Shown here: in pieces, positions 10,148 to 19,322 of the stretch | Layout: each line of letters starts with the position of its first letter | Numbering within the stretch: the first letter of the stretch is position 1 | From: an uncultured bacterium | GTDB taxonomy: Bacteria > SAR324 > NAC60-12 | Length of the DNA: 64,000 bases | Direction of reading: 5' to 3' | Assembly (NCBI GenBank): GCA_964010765.1 | Contig: CAXGMD010000003.1 | Span: 27,885-91,884, forward strand | Made by a program: the position numbers and the translations under genes | The notes under the pieces: model-generated | What the model was told of the DNA's origin: nothing | Databases searched by the model: none | What the model saw: the letters and a program-made list of their open reading frames with translations, nothing else

Positions 10148-12025
10148 ATGACGCTTCGCTCACTGCAATTCCTCATTCTGCTAGTAATCTTTTGCTGGGG
10201 TTCTCCACTAACCGGTTTCGGAGAATCCTCGAACCAGATCAGCACAGGCAAAGGGAAACCTTCGCTCCAGGCCATTGCAGATCAAAGATACTACGACATT
10301 CCCATCAAGCTCAATGAGCGAGTGCAACAGATGCTACGCTACTACACCGAGCGTAAGCATTCCATTCTTAACCGTGGACTTGCTCGTTCTGGGCGATACA
10401 TGGATATGTTCCGCAGAGAACTACGAGCTTGGGGCCTTCCACAGGACTTAGTCTTCGTTGTTGCGGTGGAAAGTAACTTCAATGAACGCTCTGTCTCCGT
10501 CAAGCAGGCCGTCGGGCTCTGGCAGTTCATGTCAACCACAGCACAGCAATATCAGCTTAGGGTAGATCCTTGGATTGATCAACGCAGAGATCCTCTCAAA
10601 GCTACACGCGCTGCCGCACAGCACTTCAAATACCTTTACGAAATTTTTGGTGATTGGGAACTTGTGCTGGCAGCCTATAATGCTGGTGAAGGAAGAGTTC
10701 AGCGTGCGATGGAACGAGCCAAGCAGCGAAAAAAACCAACTGACTTCTGGTCGCTATCTTTACCTCGGGAAACGCGGAGCTACGTTCCAGCAATCATGGC
10801 TACCGCAATCATCTACAAGAACTTAGATTATTTCGGAATCACTGGTGTTGCACTAGAACCTCCAATGGAACAGTCACAGTTCCAAGTACCTGTCGACTTT
10901 TCCTTCCAAGAAGTCGCTCAGCGTGCGGGAATGCCACTAGACGAATTGCTCACCTACAATATGGCATATCTCCGAGAGATGCCGCCCATTGATCAGAAAC
11001 ATTACACTATCTACCTTCCACAGAAATATCAGCCTGCACTGTGGCAATCTCTTCGCCAGTATGGTGAGCCTTCTTCCCACTGGCTCCAGCACTACAATAG
11101 CATGTTGCAAGACACTCCAGAAAATCTACAAACTCTTGAGCGCCATGGTGACTTGAAATATGTGCGTGTGCAACGAGGAGAGAATCTATCGACAATTTCG
11201 CGCAAGTACAACACAACCATCACAAGACTATTGCGCTGGAACCGAATCCCTAAAAATCAGCTTCTGCAAGTTGGACAACGCCTCAAGATGTATGTTGTCA
11301 ATCGCAAGGTCTTGGAAGACGTTCGAGAAAAAAATCAAAACCTGGAAGAGCGTATCCGTGGGACACAGTTTGTCATCCGGGTTCCCAAAGGAGCAACCCT
11401 CTCTGAACTGGCAGAGCGATACCACACAAACATCAAAGAGCTAATGACGATCAATCGCTTACGCTCACCAATGGATCTGCAAGCTGGCCAATCTCTAAAG
11501 ATTTATGCTCGCCCCAAAACGATTCAAGTTCCCCAAGGAGCAACGCTATCCAACTTAGCACAACGCTATGATGTTTCTGTAAAGGAGTTGATGGCTTGGA
11601 ATAATCTTGCTGCTCCTAATGCTTTGCAGGCGAACCAGACACTAATCATTGCTCCACCACCCGAACCAACCTCTCAACAACTGGTTCAGGAAAAACAGGT
11701 CAGAATAAGGGTTCCCCAAGGAGCAACCCTCTCTGAACTGGCAGAGCGCTATAATGTGACTGTCAGTAAATTGATGGAATGGAACAATCTGAAAAGTTCT
11801 GATTCACTACTTGCGGGACAACAACTCACCGTATTTAGAGAGATCACACAAAACAACAAAGCAACCCACAGAATTATCCAGGTGCGTATGGGTGATACTC
11901 TCTGGGATATTGCTAGAGAACACAGGACTTCTGTTGAGCAACTCTTGGTTCTTAATGATCTTGAAGGAAACGAACCATTACGACTTAACCAAAAGTTAAA
12001 GGTACCCGTCCGACCAGATATTTGA
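10148..12025 (+). CDS. MltD-like lytic murein transglycosylase with five LysM domains
   Basis: SLT motifs VESNF, AVGLWQFM, AAYNAGEG, ETRSYVP; five LysM repeats plus one degenerate copy. Confidence 0.92.
   Translation: MTLRSLQFLILLVIFCWGSPLTGFGESSNQISTGKGKPSLQAIADQRYYDIPIKLNERVQQMLRYYTERKHSILNRGLARSGRYMDMFRRELRAWGLPQDLVFVVAVESNFNERSVSVKQAVGLWQFMSTTAQQYQLRVDPWIDQRRDPLKATRAAAQHFKYLYEIFGDWELVLAAYNAGEGRVQRAMERAKQRKKPTDFWSLSLPRETRSYVPAIMATAIIYKNLDYFGITGVALEPPMEQSQFQVPVDFSFQEVAQRAGMPLDELLTYNMAYLREMPPIDQKHYTIYLPQKYQPALWQSLRQYGEPSSHWLQHYNSMLQDTPENLQTLERHGDLKYVRVQRGENLSTISRKYNTTITRLLRWNRIPKNQLLQVGQRLKMYVVNRKVLEDVREKNQNLEERIRGTQFVIRVPKGATLSELAERYHTNIKELMTINRLRSPMDLQAGQSLKIYARPKTIQVPQGATLSNLAQRYDVSVKELMAWNNLAAPNALQANQTLIIAPPPEPTSQQLVQEKQVRIRVPQGATLSELAERYNVTVSKLMEWNNLKSSDSLLAGQQLTVFREITQNNKATHRIIQVRMGDTLWDIAREHRTSVEQLLVLNDLEGNEPLRLNQKLKVPVRPDI
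11379..11748 (+). repeat. Near-identical 40-nt direct repeat inside LysM coding sequence
   Basis: gggttccc(a/c)aaggagcaaccctctctgaactggcagagcg at 11379-11418 and 11709-11748, one mismatch; partial third copy near 11528. Confidence 0.85.
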
Positions 12026-12073
12026 GCAACATACCCATCAGCCTTCCTTTTCTCGTCTCATTCGAAATCCCCA

Positions 12074-12937
12074 ATGAAAATCAGCCCTCAGGACAAGAAA
12101 GATCTACTGATCGAGGCTCTATCTTACATTCAGCGCTTCCGTAACCAGATCATCGTTATCAAGTACGGAGGAGCCGCAATGATCGAGGAAGCCCTGAAAA
12201 CCAGCTTTGCCCAAGACATTGTGCTGCTGCAATCCTTAGGAATGCGACCAGTCGTTGTCCATGGTGGTGGTCCAGAAGTATCGAAGGTGATCCAGAGCCT
12301 AGGCCAGGAAGTGACCTTCGTTGATGGACTAAGGGTAACGACTGCAGAGAATCTGAAGGTCGCTGAGATGGTACTCTCAGGAAACCTCAATAAAGAGATT
12401 ATCGCTCATTTACAGACTTTCGGGGGGAAAGCAGTCGGACTTAGCGGGAAGGATGGAAATCTGATTCAAGCTGACAAGAAAAAGCACGCCAGTGGCATCG
12501 ACCTCGGCTATGTAGGCACTATCAGACAGATCAATCCCGAACTGTTGCACCTACTAATTCGAGAGCAGTTCATTCCAGTTGTCTCGCCAATAGGGATGGG
12601 GAGTAGTGGTGGGACCTACAACATCAATGCCGACACTGTCGCGGCTGCAATTGCAGTTGCTTTAGAAGCACGCAAGGTGATTTTCATGACTGATGTTGAT
12701 GGGGTACTATCAGATGGGAAAGAGTTGATTTCTTATCTGGACACGGCTACTGCAGAAAACTTGATCGCCAACAAGGTGATTTCAGGTGGGATGGTCCCTA
12801 AAATTCAGGCTGCGTTGGATTGCGTTAAAACCAACGTTCGTTCGGCTCACATCATTAACGGAACCGATCCGCACTCTGTGATTGCTGAACTATTTACGGA
12901 TCAAGGGATTGGAACACAGATAGTGAGGGCTGAATGA
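12074..12937 (+). CDS. argB: Acetylglutamate kinase
   Basis: VIKYGGAAM, VVHGGGP, GLRVT, NINADTVA, GGMVPKI. Confidence 0.95.
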   Translation: MKISPQDKKDLLIEALSYIQRFRNQIIVIKYGGAAMIEEALKTSFAQDIVLLQSLGMRPVVVHGGGPEVSKVIQSLGQEVTFVDGLRVTTAENLKVAEMVLSGNLNKEIIAHLQTFGGKAVGLSGKDGNLIQADKKKHASGIDLGYVGTIRQINPELLHLLIREQFIPVVSPIGMGSSGGTYNINADTVAAAIAVALEARKVIFMTDVDGVLSDGKELISYLDTATAENLIANKVISGGMVPKIQAALDCVKTNVRSAHIINGTDPHSVIAELFTDQGIGTQIVRAE

Positions 12938-12944
12938 AGGGGGC

Positions 12945-13922
12945 TTAGATTTCATCAGTTTCAGATTTGGAGGTATCAGCTGTTTTTGGAATAGTAGCTA
13001 GATTTTCATATGGTTCCCAATTTTCGCTGATAATTCGAAAATCCTGTACGTCTTCCTGAAACTCCAAGTACAAGGTCTTCCAACCTAAATCACTAAAATC
13101 TGAAGAACGGTATTTTTGGAGAAAATGGACGAAGTAAGTATCTTTGCTATATAGAAAGGTTAGATTCGAAGCTTGTATTTCCCGACTTTTATTCCGCAGA
13201 TTAATTCGCTTCTTGTAGTGTAGCCATCTCTTCTTATCGAAATTTTCGTTTGTAAACTTACTTGAATAGTAATTTATATAGTCTTCCACATTTGGATTTT
13301 CCCAAGCATCTATCCAGGTGACAACAAAATTTCTCAGCCTCTCTATTTCAGCTAGATGCTGATGTTCCTCCAATTTTTCTACTGATTCATCAATCAGGAT
13401 CATAGTGTTTGGCAGTTGTATATACTGCGCAATCTCTAGAAAATTTTCATTGCTGACTGAAACACATCCCTCTGTTGGAATGGGCTGATCGCCCTCTGTT
13501 CCGTGCAACCAAATTCCATAACCAGTCTTATTGTGGAAGAGACGATCCATCAAGTTTGGATAGTTTAGAGGAAATGCCCCTGCACCATAGGGTTTTGCTT
13601 CCTTAGGGCCATACATTCCTATCAAATCTTTCTCTGACCAAACATCCGTAAACCAGTAAATCCCCGTTGGTGTCTTCAGATCTCCTTCTTTGAACTTGTC
13701 ACCTGGCACTTTTCCGGTCGTACACGGGTAGGTAGCGATCATCTCCCACTTCGGATAGCCTCGATAGACTGCGATTTGGCAGTCTTTTTTATCAACAAGT
13801 AAAAATGTAAGGTCTGGATTTTCGGAAAGGAGAAGGTTGCGGGGTAGAGCGAGTGCTAAGCTTGTTATTGAAACAAAGAACAAAAGCGCAGGGATTGCCA
13901 AAAGATGGCGAGGAGGCAACAT
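12945..13922 (-). CDS. YkuD-family L,D-transpeptidase/carboxypeptidase with a C-terminal NTF2-like domain (Csd6/Pgp2-like)
   Basis: GDLKTPTGIY, LNYPN, GIWLHG..TEGCV catalytic His/Cys; WIDAWE..YINYYS and ISENW in the C-terminal domain. Confidence 0.85.
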   Translation of the reverse strand: MLPPRHLLAIPALLFFVSITSLALALPRNLLLSENPDLTFLLVDKKDCQIAVYRGYPKWEMIATYPCTTGKVPGDKFKEGDLKTPTGIYWFTDVWSEKDLIGMYGPKEAKPYGAGAFPLNYPNLMDRLFHNKTGYGIWLHGTEGDQPIPTEGCVSVSNENFLEIAQYIQLPNTMILIDESVEKLEEHQHLAEIERLRNFVVTWIDAWENPNVEDYINYYSSKFTNENFDKKRWLHYKKRINLRNKSREIQASNLTFLYSKDTYFVHFLQKYRSSDFSDLGWKTLYLEFQEDVQDFRIISENWEPYENLATIPKTADTSKSETDEI

Positions 13923-13946
13923 GTACTCGTCCTGACGGAATGAAGC

Positions 13947-14168
13947 TTAACTTTGATCAACCGCATCATGCTTCTGCTGCAGCTTCCGTACCCAGTAGAA
14001 TCCACCAATCAGCATTACTACTGGCAGTACCGTCAAGAAAGCTGTCGTCAGGTAAAATGCGGCTCTTGTATTCTCTGAGGAAGAGAAGCAAACCGCACAG
14101 GCGTGTACATCGAAATGCAGGAATAAACTAGCTAAGCCAGTAATCGCAATAGCAGGAACAGCTTTCAC
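13947..14168 (-). CDS. Small membrane protein with a CxxC motif at the end of the cox operon
   Basis: GTG 14168 preceded by GAGGA; signal-like segment ending VHA, then CAVC, then one TM helix. Confidence 0.7.
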   Translation of the reverse strand: MKAVPAIAITGLASLFLHFDVHACAVCFSSSENTRAAFYLTTAFLTVLPVVMLIGGFYWVRKLQQKHDAVDQS

Positions 14169-14173
14169 AATCC

Positions 14174-14773
14174 TCAAAGCAAGTAGACAAGTGTATATAA
14201 AACTGGCCAAACTCCAACCACAAAATACCAGAAGATTTGGGCTGCACGGAGGTTGTCAATTGTCAGTTGCTGGGAAGTGGAGTTGAGCCTCCTCAAACAA
14301 GCAAGCAAAGCGAGTAGTCCCCCAATCACATGAAGCCCGTGAGCTCCGATGATCAGATAGAAGACACCTCCATAGGTACTGGAAGTGATGGTCAACCCAA
14401 AACTGATCAACTGGACCCACTCGTATCCCTGCACACTGACAAAGACCGTCCCCAGAGCAATCGTAAGAGCAAGCAACTGCTTGGACTGTGAGGCCTGAGA
14501 AGAGAACACCTTTACAGACCGATGCAGACAGAAGGCACTCGCCAAGAGAGTCAAGGAATTTAGTGCTGTTGCAAACACAGGAAGCCGAGGCTGCCCCCAT
14601 GGAGGCCACTCTTCCGCACCAGAGCGGATGATCATGTAGGCACTGATTAATGCTGCAAAGAACATCACCTCTGTCATGATCAGAATGACAGTCGCAAAAA
14701 TGCTGCTTGAAACTAGTTGTCTACGTTCAGCATTCGAATTTGCTGGAATCTCAGGAGCTACGAGTAAAATCAC
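14174..14773 (-). CDS. Cytochrome c oxidase subunit III-like protein (second copy)
   Basis: TEVMFFAALISAY, QGYEW, GAHGLHV, FWYFVVGVWPVLY. Confidence 0.9.
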   Translation of the reverse strand: MILLVAPEIPANSNAERRQLVSSSIFATVILIMTEVMFFAALISAYMIIRSGAEEWPPWGQPRLPVFATALNSLTLLASAFCLHRSVKVFSSQASQSKQLLALTIALGTVFVSVQGYEWVQLISFGLTITSSTYGGVFYLIIGAHGLHVIGGLLALLACLRRLNSTSQQLTIDNLRAAQIFWYFVVGVWPVLYTLVYLL

Positions 14774-14776
14774 GAA

Positions 14777-15127
14777 TCACCGAAGTTGACCATCGACATA
14801 CCTTTGTTGCTCCGCACAGGTATTGTTAGAGATACAGTCTTGCCAGTTTTGGCCATCAGCCTTCATCACGTCACCGGCAACACCAAAAAAGAATACTCCG
14901 AGCAAAACAGTAGAAATTAGCAGTAAGAACCAGACGTATTTTTTCTCAAAATTGAGATGCATGAAGTAAGCGGCGACGTAATAGGTCTTTACGAGCGCAA
15001 TTCCGAAAGCAGTCAATAGCGTGAGCCACGGAATTCCTAGCTCTGGTCCAATGATACTGACCACCAAGAGTACTAAGAGAAGTACCCAAATCTTTACATA
15101 ATTTGGATGTGCGTGTGCTCCAGCCAT
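14777..15127 (-). CDS. Cytochrome c oxidase subunit IV family protein
   Basis: Start MAGAHAHPNYVKIW; three TM helices; K..VAAYFMHL motif. Confidence 0.88.
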   Translation of the reverse strand: MAGAHAHPNYVKIWVLLLVLLVVSIIGPELGIPWLTLLTAFGIALVKTYYVAAYFMHLNFEKKYVWFLLLISTVLLGVFFFGVAGDVMKADGQNWQDCISNNTCAEQQRYVDGQLR

Positions 15128-15129
15128 AT

Positions 15130-15723
15130 TCACTTTGCGATGTAGAGGAGTGGGAAAAGGAAAATCCAGACGATATCGACAAAATGCCAATACAGCCCGA
15201 TCAATTCAACCCTGTGTGGGTTGAAGCCTTTCCTGAGATCAAAGGAGATCAAAGCCATAATGACCATACCTCCGATCACATGCAGGGCATGTAGTCCTGT
15301 TGCCGTATAGTAAAAAGACCAATAAGTATTGGTCAAAGGCGTCTTCAGCAGCTCTGGATCATCAGTGAAAAGTTTTGAGGAATATTCATAATATTTGACC
15401 AGCAAGAAGACGAGGCCTCCACCAATTGTGTACCAGATAAATTTAAATGCCCGGTCAAAATCCTTCTTCTCTGCAGCGTCGTGTGCCAATACGATGAAAA
15501 GGCTGGAAGTCAGCAGGACGAATGTATTAAACGCACCTGCTGGAACTTTCGTAAAAACAGCTTCTCCGCCCCACCAAGGATTATTTAGTCGGTAAAGAAT
15601 GTAGCAAGCAATCAATCCACCAAAAATGAAAATCTCTGAGGCTAGTAGCCACCATACCGCGAGTCGTCCGGTTGGGATTCCAGTTGCTGAACGGCTGGTT
15701 GCCAAAGGTCCTTGCATAGACAT
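15130..15723 (-). CDS. Cytochrome c oxidase subunit III-like protein (first copy)
   Basis: LASEIFIFGGL, NTFVLLTSS, TGLHALHV, GLYWHFVDIVWIFLFP. Confidence 0.92.
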   Translation of the reverse strand: MSMQGPLATSRSATGIPTGRLAVWWLLASEIFIFGGLIACYILYRLNNPWWGGEAVFTKVPAGAFNTFVLLTSSLFIVLAHDAAEKKDFDRAFKFIWYTIGGGLVFLLVKYYEYSSKLFTDDPELLKTPLTNTYWSFYYTATGLHALHVIGGMVIMALISFDLRKGFNPHRVELIGLYWHFVDIVWIFLFPLLYIAK

Positions 15724-15778
15724 AATGATTTCTCAGAAGGTCATTCAGGGGAGAAACAAAGTTCTCCCTTGTTTATAA

Positions 15779-17494
15779 TCAGTTGCGATCGGGCATATTT
15801 TGAGGCCAGTAGTCTTCCTTATTACCAGGGACACTGTATTCATAGGGCCCACGATACACAGTAGGAAGTTCTGCAAAGTTGCCGTGGGGAGGAGGCGATG
15901 GAACTGTCCATTCTAGTGTATTAGATTTCCAAGGATTCGCTGGAGCCTTCTCTCCTTTGAACATGCTTACGAAAAAATTGTATGCGAAGACGAATTGAAA
16001 TAACAGCATGGTCACCATGGAAACCGTTGCAAAGACACGGATTCCTTGTAGATCAGCTGTAGCCAAGTCTGGAAAGTGCTGAAAATTATAAATTCGTCGA
16101 TGCTGTCCAGCCATTCCAACTAGGAAGAGAGGTAAGAATATACCATTGAAAGGAATGATTGTACCCCAGAAGTGGATCTTACCCAGCGTTTCATCCATCA
16201 TTCTTCCAAACATTTTTGGATACCAGTAGTACAAGCCTGCGAACATCCCAATGATCGCAATGGGGAAAAAGGTATAGTGGAAGTGTGCGATTACGAAATA
16301 ACTGTCATGAAAATAGATATCCAAGGCACTAGAACCAAGGTAGATTCCTGTGACACCACCAAGCAGAAAGGTAATTAAGAAACCCAGTGCCCACAGCATC
16401 GGGGTTCGGAATTCAATTGACCCTCCGTAAAGCGTAGCTATGTAACTGAATAAAATTTCGGCGATAGGAATTGAAATCAGCAGGGTTGTAACGAGGAAGA
16501 TGTTTGCCATGCGAGGGTCAATTCCAGCAATAAACTGGTGGTGGGCCCAAACAACAAATGCCAGTCCACCTGTTGCGAAGGTAGTGTAGAGAATTGTCTT
16601 GTAGCCAAAGAGTTTCTTGCGAGCAAAGGTTGTCATGATCTCAGCGACGATACCTAGGGCTGGAAGCAAGACCACATATACCTCTGGGTGACCAAAAAAC
16701 CAGAATAAGTGCTGCCAAAGTATTGGATCACCACCCCCAGAAGGCACAAAGAAGGTGGTACCAATTCGCTGGTCCATCAGAAGCATGATCGATCCAGCTA
16801 TCAATGGACCAACTGAAGCCATGAACATGATCGAAGCCAATACAATCATCCAGACTACCATGGGAATGTCGGTCATCCGCATTCCTGGCGCACGAGCGTT
16901 CATCGAAGTAGTTACAAAATTAATCCCTCCGATCAGGAACGCCACAAACTCAAGGGCGACAGCAATCAACCAAAGTGAGGCTCCCCAATCCGTCAGGTTG
17001 TATTCGGCGACTGCTGATAAGGGGGGATAAGAAGTCCAGGCTCCGCCAAATCCTCCACCTTGTACGAAGAAGGACATGAACAGGACCACTACACTGAGTA
17101 GAAAGATTTGGAAGGATAAACGATTCAGTCTTGGAAAGACCATATCGTCGCAGCCGATCATCAGTGGGATCAGGATGTTTCCGAAAGCGGCGATGAGTAC
17201 AGGCATCGCTACCCAGAAAATCATGATTGAACCATGGTTGGTGATCAGCATGTTGTATTCTCCCGGTCCGACCGTGCCATAGAGCGGGACTTCCATGCCT
17301 GGGAAGGCTAACTGCATACGGAAGGCATAAGCGAAATACCCTCCGACAATTGCCATGAACATTCCCGTAAACATGTACTGCAACCCAATGATCTTGTGAT
17401 CAGTAGAGAAGAAGTACTTCATCATGAAGCTTTGTTCGTGATGGTCATGTCCGTGAGCGGCATGACTATCATGGGTGACCGTCGTCTGTCCCAT
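15779..17494 (-). CDS. coxA: Cytochrome c oxidase subunit I, A1-type (GHPEVY)
   Basis: All six His ligands (TNHG, GHPEVY, WAHH, AHFH), cross-link Tyr, RR pair, D-channel residues. Confidence 0.96.
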   Translation of the reverse strand: MGQTTVTHDSHAAHGHDHHEQSFMMKYFFSTDHKIIGLQYMFTGMFMAIVGGYFAYAFRMQLAFPGMEVPLYGTVGPGEYNMLITNHGSIMIFWVAMPVLIAAFGNILIPLMIGCDDMVFPRLNRLSFQIFLLSVVVLFMSFFVQGGGFGGAWTSYPPLSAVAEYNLTDWGASLWLIAVALEFVAFLIGGINFVTTSMNARAPGMRMTDIPMVVWMIVLASIMFMASVGPLIAGSIMLLMDQRIGTTFFVPSGGGDPILWQHLFWFFGHPEVYVVLLPALGIVAEIMTTFARKKLFGYKTILYTTFATGGLAFVVWAHHQFIAGIDPRMANIFLVTTLLISIPIAEILFSYIATLYGGSIEFRTPMLWALGFLITFLLGGVTGIYLGSSALDIYFHDSYFVIAHFHYTFFPIAIIGMFAGLYYWYPKMFGRMMDETLGKIHFWGTIIPFNGIFLPLFLVGMAGQHRRIYNFQHFPDLATADLQGIRVFATVSMVTMLLFQFVFAYNFFVSMFKGEKAPANPWKSNTLEWTVPSPPPHGNFAELPTVYRGPYEYSVPGNKEDYWPQNMPDRN

Positions 17495-17519
17495 ACTTTC
17501 TCCTAAAACACTTCTTGGT

Positions 17520-18287
17520 TTAGAAGCTGCTGAGCAGCTTATCTGTGAAGGATTCGCTATTCGATGCCGTGCTGACTGTCATCTTCTGAAGTCGTTTTTG
17601 ATAATCACTTTCGTAAGTTCGGTTGCGGATCGATTCCATAGCAGCATCATAGGACTGCTGGTCCTCATGAACTACGATTGTTGCACCCATAATTCCGTGA
17701 CCATATCCACAAATTTCTGCGCATTGGATATCATATATGCCTGTCTTATTGGGCTCAAACCAGCCCGTGATTGTACGGCCAGGAATCGTGTCCTGCCGCA
17801 ATCGGAAGGCCGGAACAGAGAAATTATGCAGCACATCACGAGATTCTAGTTCGAAGTGATAGACTGTGTCTTTCTTCACATGCAGATCATTGACGGTAGA
17901 TATATCATCTTCGGTATCCAGCTTACCATCAGGGCCTGAGTGGATAAAGAACCAACTCCACTGCTGCCCCACTACTCGAATCTTATCCTCTGCCTGAGGC
18001 AAGGTTTGCTTCACATCCACCCAAACCATTACCGTAAAAACGATAATAACTACGTCAAGTGCGATCACGGAGTAGTGTGGATAGTGCGTCCATTTCTTCT
18101 GAGAATGTGGATCACCTGAGATGTAAGCGGCTCGCACACCTTCTTTTCGTCGGAAACGAACCATGAAATAGGTCATCACTGCCAATACCATCACGAACCA
18201 AAAGCCCACAATGACCGTGATCATATCGAACAGGAAATCTATGTCGCCAGCATACGTTGAAGCACCAGGCACAAAATATTCAATCAT
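17520..18287 (-). CDS. coxB: Cytochrome c oxidase subunit II (CuA)
   Basis: Two TM helices; QQWSW, DVLHNF, CAEICGYGHGIM CuA motif; no fused cytochrome c. Confidence 0.94.
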   Translation of the reverse strand: MIEYFVPGASTYAGDIDFLFDMITVIVGFWFVMVLAVMTYFMVRFRRKEGVRAAYISGDPHSQKKWTHYPHYSVIALDVVIIVFTVMVWVDVKQTLPQAEDKIRVVGQQWSWFFIHSGPDGKLDTEDDISTVNDLHVKKDTVYHFELESRDVLHNFSVPAFRLRQDTIPGRTITGWFEPNKTGIYDIQCAEICGYGHGIMGATIVVHEDQQSYDAAMESIRNRTYESDYQKRLQKMTVSTASNSESFTDKLLSSF

Positions 18288-18296
18288 TTTAACTCC

Positions 18297-18413
18297 CTAC
18301 AGCACATACAAGATAACGGCTATGATGAATAGCGCACACCCCGCAGCCACGAGTCTGAAGGCTTTACTGGCCAACTCGTCGCTATCGAGTTTTTTCATGA
18401 TATGATCTTCCAT
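18297..18413 (-). CDS. 38-aa single-TM protein in the cox operon (below the ORF track cutoff)
   Basis: MEDHIMKKLDSDELASKAFRLVAAGCALFIIAVILYVL; GAGGTAGG before the ATG; fills the ctaB-coxB gap. Confidence 0.75.
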   Translation of the reverse strand: MEDHIMKKLDSDELASKAFRLVAAGCALFIIAVILYVL

Positions 18414-18419
18414 CCTACC

Positions 18420-19322
18420 TCATAGAAATATTCGATCCAATGTCAACACCACACACCAGGCAGGCAAATAAATGATTGATGCGAAAAACACCTTTCTCGC
18501 ATTCTGCTCATTGCGGTGCAGCCAGAATTGAAGAGTTGGCATCAAGAAACCGACTCCCAAGAGTGTAGCAACAACAAGAAAGAAAGGTCCTGCCTGTTCA
18601 AACCAGAATACGGAAGCACTGGCTAGAATCAGTAGGGCGGTATGCAGTACCATGTGTACTGCAGTCAAGCGCCCATCTTCATCAACACTAGAGAGCATCC
18701 GGAATCCACCTTTACGGTATTCGTCCTGATACATCCAAGCGATGGCGAAAAAATGTGGCATCTGCCACAGGTAAAGTACTGCAAAAATTGGGAGTGCTCC
18801 CCACTCTAAAGCTCCGGTTGCTGCGCTCCAGCCCATCAGTGGAGGCAGAGCTCCGGTTATGGCACCAACCCAAGTGTTGGCAACCGTTTTTTGCTTCAAT
18901 GGAGTGTAGAGCAAAAGGTATGTCAGGTGCGTCGCAGCACCCAAAAATGCCGTAAGCCAGCCGGTGAATGCGAAAAGATAGCTAAAACCAACGATGCTTA
19001 GCGTAGCTCCTAATAGGATGGCTTCTTCTTCGCTGACTCGCCCCGTTGGGATCGGACGCTGACAAGTCCTGCGCATGCGGCCGTCCTGCTCACGCTCAAA
19101 CCACTGATTGAGTACATGCGCACCGCCACCAATCAGAAGTGTACCAAGAATCAAGTGAAAGATTTTAGTGGGATCGCTGGTAACTCCGGGCAGGTAGTAT
19201 CCCATCATCGCACTCAATACCACCATGCCCAATAAACGTGGCTTGCAGAGGGTCCAGTAGTCACCCAGGCGACTACGCCACTGATCAATGGGGGAGAGGA
19301 AGGTGATTGACTTAGTTCTCAT
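18420..19322 (-). CDS. ctaB: Protoheme IX farnesyltransferase (heme O synthase)
   Basis: LCKPR, NQWFEREQDGRMRRT..RP, YTPLK, WQMPHF, DEYRKGG. Confidence 0.95.
   Translation of the reverse strand: MRTKSITFLSPIDQWRSRLGDYWTLCKPRLLGMVVLSAMMGYYLPGVTSDPTKIFHLILGTLLIGGGAHVLNQWFEREQDGRMRRTCQRPIPTGRVSEEEAILLGATLSIVGFSYLFAFTGWLTAFLGAATHLTYLLLYTPLKQKTVANTWVGAITGALPPLMGWSAATGALEWGALPIFAVLYLWQMPHFFAIAWMYQDEYRKGGFRMLSSVDEDGRLTAVHMVLHTALLILASASVFWFEQAGPFFLVVATLLGVGFLMPTLQFWLHRNEQNARKVFFASIIYLPAWCVVLTLDRIFL

Noticed and set aside
15779..17494. Nitric oxide reductase, given the extra helix VIII Glu
   Set aside because: The HPEVY cross-link Tyr, the D-channel and subunits III/IV all indicate an A-family O2 reductase
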